This document shows positions 27,002 to 38,674 of a stretch of DNA of 64,000 nucleotides, one piece after another (position 1 is the stretch's first letter; every line of letters begins with the position of its first letter). Below the pieces are notes generated by a model. That model ran no database searches and was not told the origin of the DNA. It was given only the letters and a program-made list of their open reading frames with translations. Origin of the DNA: Octopus sinensis. Lineage: Eukaryota. The DNA lies in contig NC_042998.1 in assembly GCF_006345805.1 (NCBI RefSeq), forward strand, positions 93,558,001 to 93,622,000, in the 5' to 3' direction. The position numbers and the translations under genes were made by a program.

Positions 27002-27034
27002 GTTTTGTGTGTGTGTGTGGTGTATGTATGTGTG

Positions 27035-27069
<35 letters not shown>

Positions 27070-27265
27070 ATTTGTATGTCTGTGTTTGTCCCCCGCCATC
27101 GCTTGACAACTGATGCTGGTATGTTTACGTCTCCGTAACTTAGCAGTTCAGCAAAATATTTTGATAGAATAAATATTAGGCTTACAAAGAATAAGTCCTG
27201 GAGTCGATTTGCTCGACCCCCAGGACTTATGGCTACAGTCAAATGTCTGAAACAAGTAAAAGAAT
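26783..27265 (+). mobile_element. SINE family A (an internally deleted copy follows at about 27408-27575)
   Basis: Head, (TA)n(TG)n and tail. Confidence 0.85.
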
Positions 27266-28139
27266 AAAAGAATATATATTTGTTGTGTATATAAACAGAT
27301 CGGCTGCTTGTTACTCGGGGATTAGTTAAATGACATAGACACTGCTGATGAAAACCTGATAAGGCTATTCGCCATTTTTTCAATCAACCTAGAAATAGTT
27401 CCCATATCTAGTGCAAGTGTGGCTGTGTTGTACGAAGTTACATCTTTCCAACCACATGGCTCCGGGTTCAGTCCCACTGCATAGCAACTTGGGGTTAATT
27501 TCTTCGACTAAAACCCTCTAAGGCGGTCCTCCAGCATGGCTGCAGTAAAGTGACAGAAACAAGTAAATGAATAGAAGAATAAAAGAATATAATACAATGC
27601 TGGCGCTGTTTTTTTTTTGTGTTTCTTTTTGTGGCTAGACTGATATTTACAATGCATAAAGTAAACAAAAACTTTTATGTTTGACCTCAAATATGTGTAT
27701 TTGTTTTGAAGAGTCAAAATTTATCATCTAAAATTCTGTTATGTCAACTTTACCACTTATTACACACAGCTTGCTAAATTATCTACTTATGGCTTCTGCC
27801 TATCTCTATTATTTTTGATTGGAAGTATCCAAACAGATTTTTCCATCAAAACCATTGACAGGCCTCTTTTCAACCTGCCTTCTAATATCTCGAGGATGCC
27901 GTACATCCTCTATTATTGCTTACAAATTCACTCCTGCGCAGATGATACCAGCCGTTACAATGCCTTAACCTTCACGCATATACGACAGCCACGCCAGACA
28001 ATAAATAACGACTCAATAGATAATGGTAATCAAAACATCGTTCAAAAGGACACTGACAATCTTGTCCCTTTCATTAACACAAAAGCAAATTCGAGATATT
28101 TTTGTACTACACATTTTCTACTCATGAAATACACAACAA

Positions 28140-28362
28140 ATATTCTTTTCTAGTCTAGGCACAAGGCCCCAAATTTTTTTTGGTGGGGGGACAGTCGATT
28201 AGATCGTCCCCAGTACGCAACTGTTACTTAATTTATCGAACCCGAAAGGATGAATGGCAAAGTCGACCTCGGTGGAATTTGAACCCAGAAAGTAAAGACA
28301 GACGAAATACCGCTAAGCATTTTGCTCAGCATGCTAACGTTTCTACCAGCTCGCCGCCTTAA
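28140..28362 (-). mobile_element. SINE family B
   Basis: Reverse-complement match to the family consensus. Confidence 0.85.
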
Positions 28363-28529
28363 AATACACAACAATATATCGTCAAAGCTGCAACAAATGT
28401 TAAACTGTACGTTCTCTATTCATCTTTTATGGTGAACTTACATAATGTTTACATAACTATATGCCAAACGCTAGGTCGGCCTCTGCTTCTCAAACAAAAC
28501 TCATTTTTCAGATCTAATCATTTGAAGAC

Positions 28530-28836
28530 ACATGATTGACCATGGGATTGCACCTAGAAAGTTCCCCTCCGAGGCACAAGTCCAGAAAAGGCTGTTTATA
28601 GAAGACTATCAGTCACCCATGCATACCAGTCTCCCCTCTCCATCGCACACCGATGTTATCCGAGGAAAAGCATATGCCGATACAGCTTGGCACCAGTGAC
28701 GTCGCAACTCATTTCTACAGATGAGTGAACTGGAGCAACGTGAAATAAAGTGCCTTGCTCAAAAACACAACACATATCCCGAACCAGGAATCAAATTCAT
28801 TACCTCATGATTGTGAGCTCGATGCTCTAACCACTG
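28530..28836 (-). mobile_element. SINE family D (tRNA head, CORE-like box)
   Basis: Mirror of 28910-29270, sharing GAGTTGCGAC..GGTGCCAAGCTGTA and CTAGGTGCAATCCCATGGTC. Confidence 0.8.
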
Positions 28837-28909
28837 TTAAGGGAGGTTCATAGCCATGATAACTCAGATTCGAATCTTGGTCGCGACAGCCTCCTTAAAA
28901 ATTTATGAA

Positions 28910-29270
28910 GGCGCATGGCTCAGTGGCTAGAGCATCGGGCTTACAGTCAATAGGTAGTGAGTTCGAATTTTGGACCGAGCTGTATGTTGTGTTCTTGAAC
29001 AAGACACTTTATTTCAAGTTGCTCCAGTTCATCCAGCTGTAGAAATGAGTTGCGACATCACAGGTGCCAAGCTGTACCGGCCTTTGCCTTTCCCTAGGAT
29101 AACATCGGTGACGCGCAGAGGGGAGGCTGGAATGCACGGGCAACTGCCGATCTACCATAAAACAACCTTGCTAGGACTTATACCTTGCTGGTGGGGTATG
29201 GTGGGGGTAACTTTCTAGGTGCAATCCCATGGTCATGCATGACCAAGAAGGGTCTTTGCCCTTTACTCTT
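28910..29270 (+). mobile_element. SINE family D
   Basis: A-box GGCGCATGGCTCAGTGG, B-box GAGTTCGAAT, then TTGAACAAGACACTTTATTTC. Confidence 0.8.
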
Positions 29271-30174
29271 TTATAAAGGTTAAAGAACGGTCTATATCGG
29301 GGTAGTGCTAACATGTCTAGGACAGTGCTGCTGCTACACACAAAAATACATTTGTCCGAATAACAAATACCATTTCAATGAATAAGAAAACCTTATCCGT
29401 CAATATGTTTACAACCACTGACTCACAGCTGCACTGTCCTTCTCTTCCCAGTCCTTTTGACTGTTTCTATAAAGGATTCTGCTCCTTTAAACAAGCGTTA
29501 CTTGTTTCTTCTTCTTGTGCTCGTAGGTACTAGAGTTTCTTGATCCCTCAGACTCCAACAATGTCACTAAAAAAATGTTTCCTCCCTTGTAATTTAACCC
29601 TTTGATATTCTCTACCCGCTCAAGTTACAGCTGCTATTGCTGTTGTTGTTGCTGCTGTTCCTGCTGTTGCTATTACTACTACTTCATCACTCCACGTCAG
29701 CCATGATCGAACAAGCACATCATTTAATAATGTCTTTCAATGAGTCTTGTAACTAGTAATAGGAGTTAATGAGTGTCAGAATTGTTAGACCTATTGCCTG
29801 TTATAATGTAAATAATGTACTATTGCCTGTTGCTTTTCAAATGTATTTGGTAACATAACCCCCCCCTACCTCCAATATCATTATCATTAAATATCTCGAC
29901 GAAATACATTCAGAGCAAATGCATAAATTTCATTACTGCTAATGCGCGTGCATATGGATGTGTGTAGGTAAGTGTATGTGGATGAGTGCGTTTGTGTATG
30001 TCTCTATCCCCATTGTGTCGTCAACAGTGGCAATCATTACATAATTGGAATGAAAATATATCTGACATCGCCAGTCTCGAGTTTGGCCAGTGATATGGTG
30101 ACCTAAAACTAAGAGGGATTGACAAATTTAATAGCATTACTTTACTACTTCAGATTAACAAAAAGTGATAGATG

Positions 30175-30206
<32 letters not shown>

Positions 30207-30211
<5 letters not shown>

Positions 30212-30436
30212 CTCTATTTCCCACAAGGGGCTAAACATAGAGGGGACAAACAAGGACAGACACACGGATTAAGCCGATTACATAGACCCCAGTGCGAAAC
30301 TGGTACTTTATTTATCGACCCCGGAAGGATGAAAGGCAAAGTCGACCTCGGCGGAATTTGAACTCAGAACGTAACGACAGACGAAATATCACAAAGCATT
30401 TCGCCCGGCGTGCTAACGTTTCTGCCAGCTCGCCGC

Positions 30437-30437
<1 letters not shown>
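30207..30437 (-). mobile_element. SINE family B, young monomer
   Basis: Near-consensus copy between two (TA)n tracts. Confidence 0.9.
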
Positions 30438-30483
<46 letters not shown>

Positions 30484-30527
30484 ATATATCTTAAATAGAA
30501 ATATCACTTATTGAAGCTAGTAAATAG

Positions 30528-30617
30528 CGCGATCCGGATAAATTATCCATACCTTGCAGAAAAATATGTTACCGGCCAGCTTTGTCTGCAATGTATGGAT
30601 AATTTGTCCTGATCACG
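30528..30617. ncRNA. Pre-miRNA-like hairpin (or short palindromic MITE)
   Basis: 30536-30560 pairs with 30585-30609 at 24 of 25 positions including one G-U. A lower stem CGCGATC/GATCACG extends it. Confidence 0.4.
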
Positions 30618-30816
30618 GTATTTATTAGCATTATCACACGTTTGAGAATAAAAAGAAATTTATTTCTGTATCTTTTATATATATAGAAATGGCCCTGCAT
30701 TTAAATAGATGTAATGATTGCATTGTTCAATTAAATAGAGCCCCTTGAAACGGTCGTACTGCATCATTTCTTGATAGCCTGTTGCTTATTTTGATATGTT
30801 TGTGTGTGCGTGCGCG

Positions 30817-30884
<68 letters not shown>

Positions 30885-31509
30885 TATCAACCTCTAGTTA
30901 TATATATACACACATTTGAATTGTTAAAATTCTATTCATAACTATAAACTATAGTTGATCTTCTTATCAAAGTACGAGGTGGTTGTTGACACTGAATGAC
31001 ATTTTAGATATGAGCAAAATAATACAGCTGCTTGTGAAGAATGCATGAGAAATCTCTTTAAATTTACCTGGTGACTATTTTGCATTATATATTTTTTGTT
31101 TATAAAGATTTAGTAACTGAAAAATTCGGTTAATTTTCGTGGTTGGTCCGATAAGCGCAAACCATTTTATAGTATTGATCGTGGATCTCTCAATCTGCCA
31201 AAAGGGTGAAGTCTTTTTAAACGTTTATGAATTGCAGCATGGTGCAAAGTAATCGAGTTGATAAGGCACTTGAGCGTATTATTTGCTTCAAGTATAACAT
31301 ATCCCCCAGAAGGTTTCTATTTGTACAAACAAATATAACTGATTTTTGGCATTCTGTGATCATTCTTCAGGTCAATCGAGGGCAACTTGCAACAAAACAA
31401 CAATAACAACAACTACTTTAAATCCTTAATGCTAAGGGTAAAAGCGTGAACGTCACAGATATTCATTTCTCACTGCTTCTATACGTGATATTTCTATTTA
31501 AGATATCGT

Positions 31510-31586
<77 letters not shown>

Positions 31587-31662
31587 ATAATTGGTGCTTT
31601 AAATCACAATTATTTTGCAACTCAGGCCTGAATAATTATTTGTAAGCATATATATATATATA

Positions 31663-32789
31663 TATACGTCTCGCTTTTATCCTTCGAAACGTTTAGTAGA
31701 TGAAATCTTAGCGACTGAAGAAGGGGATTTTTCGTTGTGCTTATTGTCCTGTATCTCTCCCTTTTTTTTGCTTGTCTTGTTCCTTGGTTTGTATCTATGT
31801 GTTTCGTCTCTCTATGTGTTCGACGTCTTTTTGGTGTCCTGTACACATATATGCGTGTATATGTACATGTAAAGGTAGGTACGTACATATATGTTTATAT
31901 ATATGCATATATTCTATTTTATTAACATATTATACGATTAAACGCACGCACCCTACTAAGTAAGATTGTTCTGTTTATCAAGTTAGCCTTGATATTAACT
32001 CTCACGCGACTCTGCATCTTTCTTTCTTTCTCTCCCATTCCCTTTTTCGTCTTTTTTTCCCTCACTTAACTTGTCTCTTCCTCTCTCTCTCATTCTTCAT
32101 TCTCTCTCTCCCTTTCACCATTCTTCATGGTCTCCTCGCACCATTCCCCTTCTTCTCTCTCTCTTCCTCTTGCTCCTCCTCCCCCATTCCCGTCACCCAT
32201 CTGCGACACTACTTCCGTCGTAACTGCTATCCTGTCTTTTCTCTCCCGCCTTGCAAGGCTTCTGGTTGACAAAATTTCCCTCTCTGTCTTCCACGATAAT
32301 CCAGCGTTTACAATACTTTTTTCGTCTGGCGTTAACAGCCCTTCTTGTCTTGTTCTCCTTGTCTTGTCTCTCACTGTTATATATTTATTTTTCCACTGTT
32401 TATATATATATTTTTTACTGTTTATATGTTTGTACTGTCGTTACCGTCTTGCTTTTTTTTACCCCTCTGCGAAAAGATCTCAGAATTTTAATTGATTTGC
32501 TTTTCGCGGGAAGGAATTTTTCTTCGAAGTATACGTCTCGCTTTTATCCTTCGAAACGTTTAGTAGATGAAATCTTAGCGACTGAAGAAGGGGATTTTTC
32601 GTTGTGCTTATTGTCCTGTATCTCTCCCTTTTTTTTGCTTGTCTTGTTCCTTGGTTTGTGTCTATGTGTTTCGTCTCTCTATGTGTTCGACGTCTTTTTG
32701 GTGTCCTGTACACATATATGCGTGTATATGTACATGTAAAGGTAGGTACGTACATATTGTTTATATATATGCATATATTCTATTTTATT

Positions 32790-32797
<8 letters not shown>
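31663..32797 (+). mobile_element. Non-coding element with two near-identical 268-bp direct repeats carrying hammerhead-like motifs (retrozyme/PLE pseudo-LTR-like)
   Basis: 31663-31930 is repeated at 32530-32797 with about 2 differences. Each copy contains CCTTCGAAACGTT and CTGAAGAAGGGG. Confidence 0.55.
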
Positions 32798-32825
<28 letters not shown>

Positions 32826-32982
32826 TATTTACATACATACATACATACATATATGTATATGCATTTAGAGAATTATTATTGCTGTCGAACAGATTTTCGA
32901 AATCAGCAAATGTATTTTGCTTGAAAATCTATATATAAATATCCTGCAGAGTGAGTTGTTCGTCGAGGAGGCGGGGGCCTAC

Positions 32983-33028
32983 CACACGTTGATGATAGGC
33001 AATACACCTTGAAACCTAGGTCCGTGTG
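32983..33028 (+). ncRNA. Type I hammerhead ribozyme motif (C3U variant)
   Basis: CACACG tTGATGA tAGG caataca CCTt GAA ACCTAGGT C CGTGTG: 6-bp stem I, 3-bp stem II, palindromic stem III and a GUC site. Confidence 0.7.
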
Positions 33029-33243
33029 TGGTTTCCGCTTCATCGGGGAATTATCTCCCTTTGCAGGATAAAGGACGCCGTGATGGTGTCAAGCCTATCT
33101 GGCGACGTTGATGTTCGCCTGGGGCTAAATGCAACAGTAACACCCCCACCACCCTGCCCTGTCCCTAGCCATATTCAGATGGCTTTAGTCCCTTATGTTA
33201 TGGACCAGTTACTGTCTATATCTCATTTAGAGAATTATTATTG

Positions 33244-33308
<65 letters not shown>

Positions 33309-33689
33309 ATGTATGTATGTATGTATCGAATGGATGTGTTATAATACTATTCCACAGCCATACGAACAATCCAACATACCTCCATCATCGGCTGCCCCAC
33401 GTATATCATTGTGATTTCGATACCTGGGCTGTACCATTCAATCCGGTGGTGTCAACAGCACTAAAATATGTGTTGTTTGGGAACAAACAAACCATAGAAA
33501 CCACAACTTTCCCGATATTAACGAAACTTACATCAGTTATAACTGAGTGGATGAGAAAAATATTGTTATGACATATTCTCAACTTCTTTTTATTATTATT
33601 GAACTTTTCAACAATAGAAATAAAAAGCTTACTATAGATTTGAAACATTTTAGTTTTTATTTGATTTTTCTTTTAAAGAATTAACAATC

Positions 33690-33901
33690 TATGATGAGTT
33701 ATTCAAAAATTTCAGAGGTATTAATTAAAACTGAAGAAAGATACAACTATGCCTATATTTCAAGTTAATTCTTAGAAAATAGAATTTTTGAAAAACGTAT
33801 CTATAAAACTAGTTTTGAAACATCGAGTTGCTATGGGGGTCCACCAGAATGAAATAGTAATCAAAGGGCTTCATAGATTAAAAAATGGTTGAAAACCCCT
33901 G
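33690..33901. mobile_element. hAT/Charlie-like MITE remnant (right end)
   Basis: GGGGGTCCACC..AAAAATGGTTGAAAACCCCTG resembles the end of 42849-43098. The left boundary is uncertain. Confidence 0.45.
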
Positions 33902-34378
33902 AGTTAAATCAATGAAAAAGGGACCCCTCCTTCGGCAAGATATTAATTTCCCACGAATAACTTCCCAACATGTATGAAGTGTATTCTCCAAATATGGTCT
34001 GAGTCAAGCAGAATTAAATGATTTTGTTTCTGTAGGTTATGAACTCGTGTGCTACAAGTTAATAAACTTACACATAACCATTCAACCATTGCATTTCTCT
34101 TACATCGAAAACGTACCAGCGTCCACTGCTCATCATCAAGTCGAGCTTGCTCGGGCATTTTTTACCCGTAAACACCATCTATCTCGATTCTGCATTGTTA
34201 AAGGAGGTCTTCAGAGAGGCGTCAAGTGTCTCTGGTGAATTGATCTATATACATTGTTTTCGAAGACCTACGCGTGTACGGCCATACTTTGGCAGCCATA
34301 ACAGTAGGTCACTTCCCAACTCTCAATAACCCTCCGTAGCTCTTCAGTTTGAAATACCTTGTATATTATAAAGGGAAT

Positions 34379-34449
34379 AATAAGGGACAAAGATTTAAAC
34401 ATGAAAGTAGATTAAACTTACATTTATGTTTAAATCTTTGGCCCTTATT
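34379..34449. repeat. AT-rich inverted repeat/hairpin
   Basis: AATAAGGGACAAAGATTTAAACAT versus ATGTTTAAATCTTTGGCCCTTATT: 23 of 24 positions pair. Confidence 0.8.
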
Positions 34450-35060
34450 TATTCACGTTTGAGTGTTTGTAGTATAGGGTCATGTTTTCGAAAAACTTAG
34501 TTTCAATTCTAGATTGAAATGATTTCAATTACTTCAATTCTGATCTTGAGAAATGCATGGAAATCACAATGTTCAATATCATATAACAGGTTATGCCAGA
34601 TTCACCTCGTATTAGAAAATCATTATTTTCTCCAAAAACAAAAATATTCTGATACATAATAATTTGTTCAATAAACAATAAAACTAGTGAGGATTAGCAG
34701 GGAAAAGAATGGATTTGAAATGGCTGAATGGGGAAAAATATTGTTAATTGGTCTGAGTTCATATCAGACGTTTGTTTGCACTACAGGTCAAGTATGTCCA
34801 TACACCTAAGTTAAAACGAACATTCCAGAACAGATGCTAAAGATTCTGTGAATGTAATTTGCATCAGACTAACGTCATATCCAGGAGGAGGATTTAACAT
34901 TCAGCCAACAGAATATGAAATGTGAGTTTTGAGATACTGGAGATGGCAACCTTCATACTGTGTTAAGGTTATGGATACTGGAAATCAAATATTGAAGACC
35001 GATACACTAAAAATAGAAACAGAAACATAAATATAGCTGGTACTGGTGCTGCTGAGGAGA

Positions 35061-35140
35061 AGGAGGATGAGGAGGTGGGGAGGAGGATGAGGAGGTGGGG
35101 AGGAGGATGAGGAGGTGGGGAGGAGGATGAGGAGGTGGGG
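35061..35140. repeat. 20-bp purine-rich minisatellite, 4 copies (AGGAGGATGAGGAGGTGGGG)
   Basis: Exact tandem copies seen directly. Confidence 0.95.
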
Positions 35141-35639
35141 AGGAGGAGGGGAGGAAACTCCTTTTCTTCCTCATCTTCTTCCTCCTCCTCCTCCTTATCA
35201 TTCTCCTCTTCCTTCTCCTCAGCTTCTTGTTCCTCCTCCTCCTTTTTGCTGTTTTCTTCATTGATATTATTTTCGTTGTTAGAAACATTGATGCTTTTGG
35301 CGAGATTGCTATTGTCATCGTTGTTGTTACTTTTTATCAATCTGGTTGCGGTAGAATCGTTAGCGCGCCGCACAAGAATGCTTAGCGGCGTTTCTTCTGG
35401 CTCTTTACGTTCCGAGATCAAACCTCACCGAGATCAAATCTCACCGAGTTCAAGTCAGATTTGTCTTTCAGCCTTTCGATGTCAACAAAATAAGTACCAG
35501 AAAAATACCAGGGTCGATGAAATTTACTAACACTGGCCTTAAAATTGATACACCAAAATTTGCAACTATCTTAAGTGTACATTGTTGTCCTTTTCCTTGC
35601 TGCTGCTGCCGCCGCCGCTGCTGTTGCTGCTGTTGTTGC

Positions 35640-35703
<64 letters not shown>

Positions 35704-36109
35704 ACTTGTGCTTCTTTTGATGTTTTTGTTTCAATTACTGTTTCTGCATTTGTCGCTCGTACTACATTCGCAGACTCTGTTATTACTCCAGTCGTTGTTG
35801 CTGCTGTCTTCTTTTTTCTTCTTCCAATCAGGACTCACGCCATTAGCTACAAAGAATAATCTCTAATTCGAGCCTACTCTAAGCTACTAAGAATGCGTAT
35901 GGCAACTTGAAGATCTACACACCACACACGATAGACTGGCTGTTGCACGGGCGCGAAAGCTACGCTGTTATCCTCATTCCATAAATGGTGGGTGTTAACG
36001 GGTGGAGAACTGAACCATCATGGGGTAGAGAGGATTCGCAATCTAGACTAAGGTTTGAAAGTTTACCACATCATAGTGGGTTACACCATGGTTCCTCTGC
36101 ATTGTGGAA

Positions 36110-36815
36110 GAAGTAGGAAGAAAGAATGAGAGAATGTTGTGTTGAAAGAGTACAGTGGAGTTCACCACCACCCCTGCCGGTGCTCGTGAATCTTAGGTGT
36201 TTTTGCTCAATAAACATTCACAATGCCCGGTCTGAGAATCGAAACCGCGTTCTTACGACCGCGAGTCCACTGTCCTAACCACTGGGCCATTGCACCTCCA
36301 CTTCTAGTCGTTGTTGCTGCTGTTGTTGTAGTTGTTGTTGTTGTAGTTGTTGTCTCCATTATGTTATTGGTTTCAAATTTTGGCACACAAGGCCAGCAAG
36401 TTCGAAAGAAGGAGTAAGTCGATTACATCGGTCCCAGTGCCCTACTAGCTCTTATTTTATTCACACCGAAAGGATAAAATTCGAAGTCGAACTCGATGGA
36501 ATTTGAACTCAGAACGTAAAGACGAACGAATTGTCGCTAAGCATTTTGCTCGGCGTATTAACAATTCTGCCAGCTCGCCTACTTGTCTCTGTTACATTAT
36601 TGGTTTCTGATATTGGTACAAAGCCGGGAATTTTGTGGGAGGACGTTAAATCGATTACATCAACCCCTGCGTTCAACCGGTTCGTATTTTATCTACACCG
36701 AAAGGATATAAAAGACAAAGTCCATCTCGACGGAATTTGAACTCAGAACTTAAACATGGACGAAATACTTCTAAGCATTTTGCCTGACATGCTAACGATT
36801 CTGCCAGCTCGTCGC
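36110..36815 (-). mobile_element. Cluster of a partial SINE C (to 36299) and two tandem diverged SINE B copies
   Basis: Family motifs on the reverse strand, separated by (GTT)n. Confidence 0.75.
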
Positions 36816-37164
36816 CGCCATCTCTGCTATGTTATTGCCATTATGCGATGCTATGTTTTATTTCACTCCCCCACAATAAGGTTGGGTGGTCCATTCTCAC
36901 AAAAGAAGTTTCACACCCTCTTCCGTTATCATTTCTAAGAATTTGGTTTTCTTTTACTGAGAAATGACGAATAAAGTTCAAACTTATTTCCCCCCAAAGG
37001 GAGATAAAGAAATTCTCATCTTGCAAAATCAGTGAAACAATAAAAAGAAACAGCATAAAGCAACTGAAAGTAAAATATTTATCTGAAACTTGAAGCGTTT
37101 TCCTTTGTACATCAGACTTAGTCGACAGTAATAAGAACAACAATGACAACAACAACAGCAATAA

Positions 37165-37227
<63 letters not shown>

Positions 37228-37229
37228 CT

Positions 37230-37604
37230 CGTTTTACTCTTTTACTTGTTTCAGTCATTTGACTGTGTCCATGCTGGTGCACCACCTTTAGTTGAGCAAA
37301 TCGACCCCAGGCATTATTCTTTGTAAACCTAGTACTTATTCTATCGGTCTCCTTTGCAGAACCGCTAAGTTACGGGGAGATAAAAACACCAGCATCGGTT
37401 GACAAGCGATGTTGTGGGTGGGGGACAAACACAGACGCACAAACATATACTCACACATACATATATACATATATCCACTCACAAGGCTTTGGTCGGCCCG
37501 AGTCTATAGCAGAAGACACTTGCCCAAGGTGCCACGCAGTGGGACTGAACCCGGAACCATGTAGTTGGTAAGCAAGCTACTTACTACACAGCCACTCCTG
37601 CGCC

Positions 37605-37605
<1 letters not shown>
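37230..37605 (-). mobile_element. SINE family A
   Basis: Reverse-complement match with the head ending at CCTGCGCC. Confidence 0.9.
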
Positions 37606-37653
<48 letters not shown>

Positions 37654-37656
<3 letters not shown>

Positions 37657-38113
37657 GGCTACAGCAAATATTCTGCTCAATACCACAGATTTGCTGGTCA
37701 GTTGTTTGACCTTAACCAGTTGAGCATGTCCCTTAGTGGCTGACGATATGTGCATCTCTGATCACGAGCAGAAGTAGTGGGGGAGCATTATAGCCATGTG
37801 TTGAGAGGGATTCTTTGGGGTTTGAATAATTCACCTCTGGAAACATGGGTGGTTCTTTCAACATCCTTAAACAACCCTTATTCAGGGACCTTTTGAGCGG
37901 GATTGGCTACACAACCTGAAGAAAATTCTAACTGGGCCCCACCTGCAAGGTCATGCGCTGTTTACCTTGATATGAGATCACCATGTCGCGCACATATGGT
38001 TGTGATGCATGTGCCTGGTGTACCCTTATCAGACGGGTAGTCATGATGGGTATATTGGGCTTCGTATATTATACCCCAGTGTCACTTTCATGGCATGAAC
38101 TGCTCTCTCACTC
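37654..38113. mobile_element. Unclassified non-coding insert of about 460 bp inside an (AAT)n array
   Basis: A GC-richer block with sharp boundaries between two (AAT)n tracts and no coherent ORF. Confidence 0.45.
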
Positions 38114-38168
<55 letters not shown>

Positions 38169-38181
38169 TTAATAATAATAA

Positions 38182-38590
38182 GATATAGTTGTCAGAGATC
38201 ATGAAGAAAAAAAATGCTTTCTAATTGATGTATCAATACCGGCAGGTGACAACGTGTCTCTAAAAGAAATGGAGAAACTTTCAAAATACAAAGACCTGGA
38301 AATAGAGGTAACCAGAATGTGGAATCTAAAAACAGAAACAATTCTTATCATAGTAGGTGCATTAGGCATGATAAAAAAATATTCAGACAAATACATAAGA
38401 AAAACACCAGGACTTACAAACACATATAACATGCAGAAAATTGCACTACTAGGCACTGCACACTTCCTAGGCAGAACACTTTCCATACAATAACCATCAG
38501 AGCATCACAAAAAATCACAAAAAATAATAAGGCATAATAAGCTGCGATAATGGTAATGAAGTGAAAGCATAATAAAAATAAATAAACTAA
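38182..38590 (+). mobile_element. R4/Dong-type retrotransposon 3' end (RLE domain) in (TAA)n
   Basis: DIVVRDHEEKKCFLIDVSIP..SLKEMEKLSKYKDLEIEVTRMWNLKTETI..GALGMI..QKIALLGTAHFL, flanked by (AAT)n. Confidence 0.88.
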
Positions 38591-38629
38591 TAATAAAATA
38601 ATAATAATAATAATAATAATATAATAATA

Positions 38630-38674
<45 letters not shown>

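Noticed and set aside
34265-34310. Minus-strand GACCTA..ACGCG-TAGGTC with a palindromic ACGCGT
   Set aside because: The core reads CTGTTAT and GTAC, and the stem register does not fit a cleavage site.
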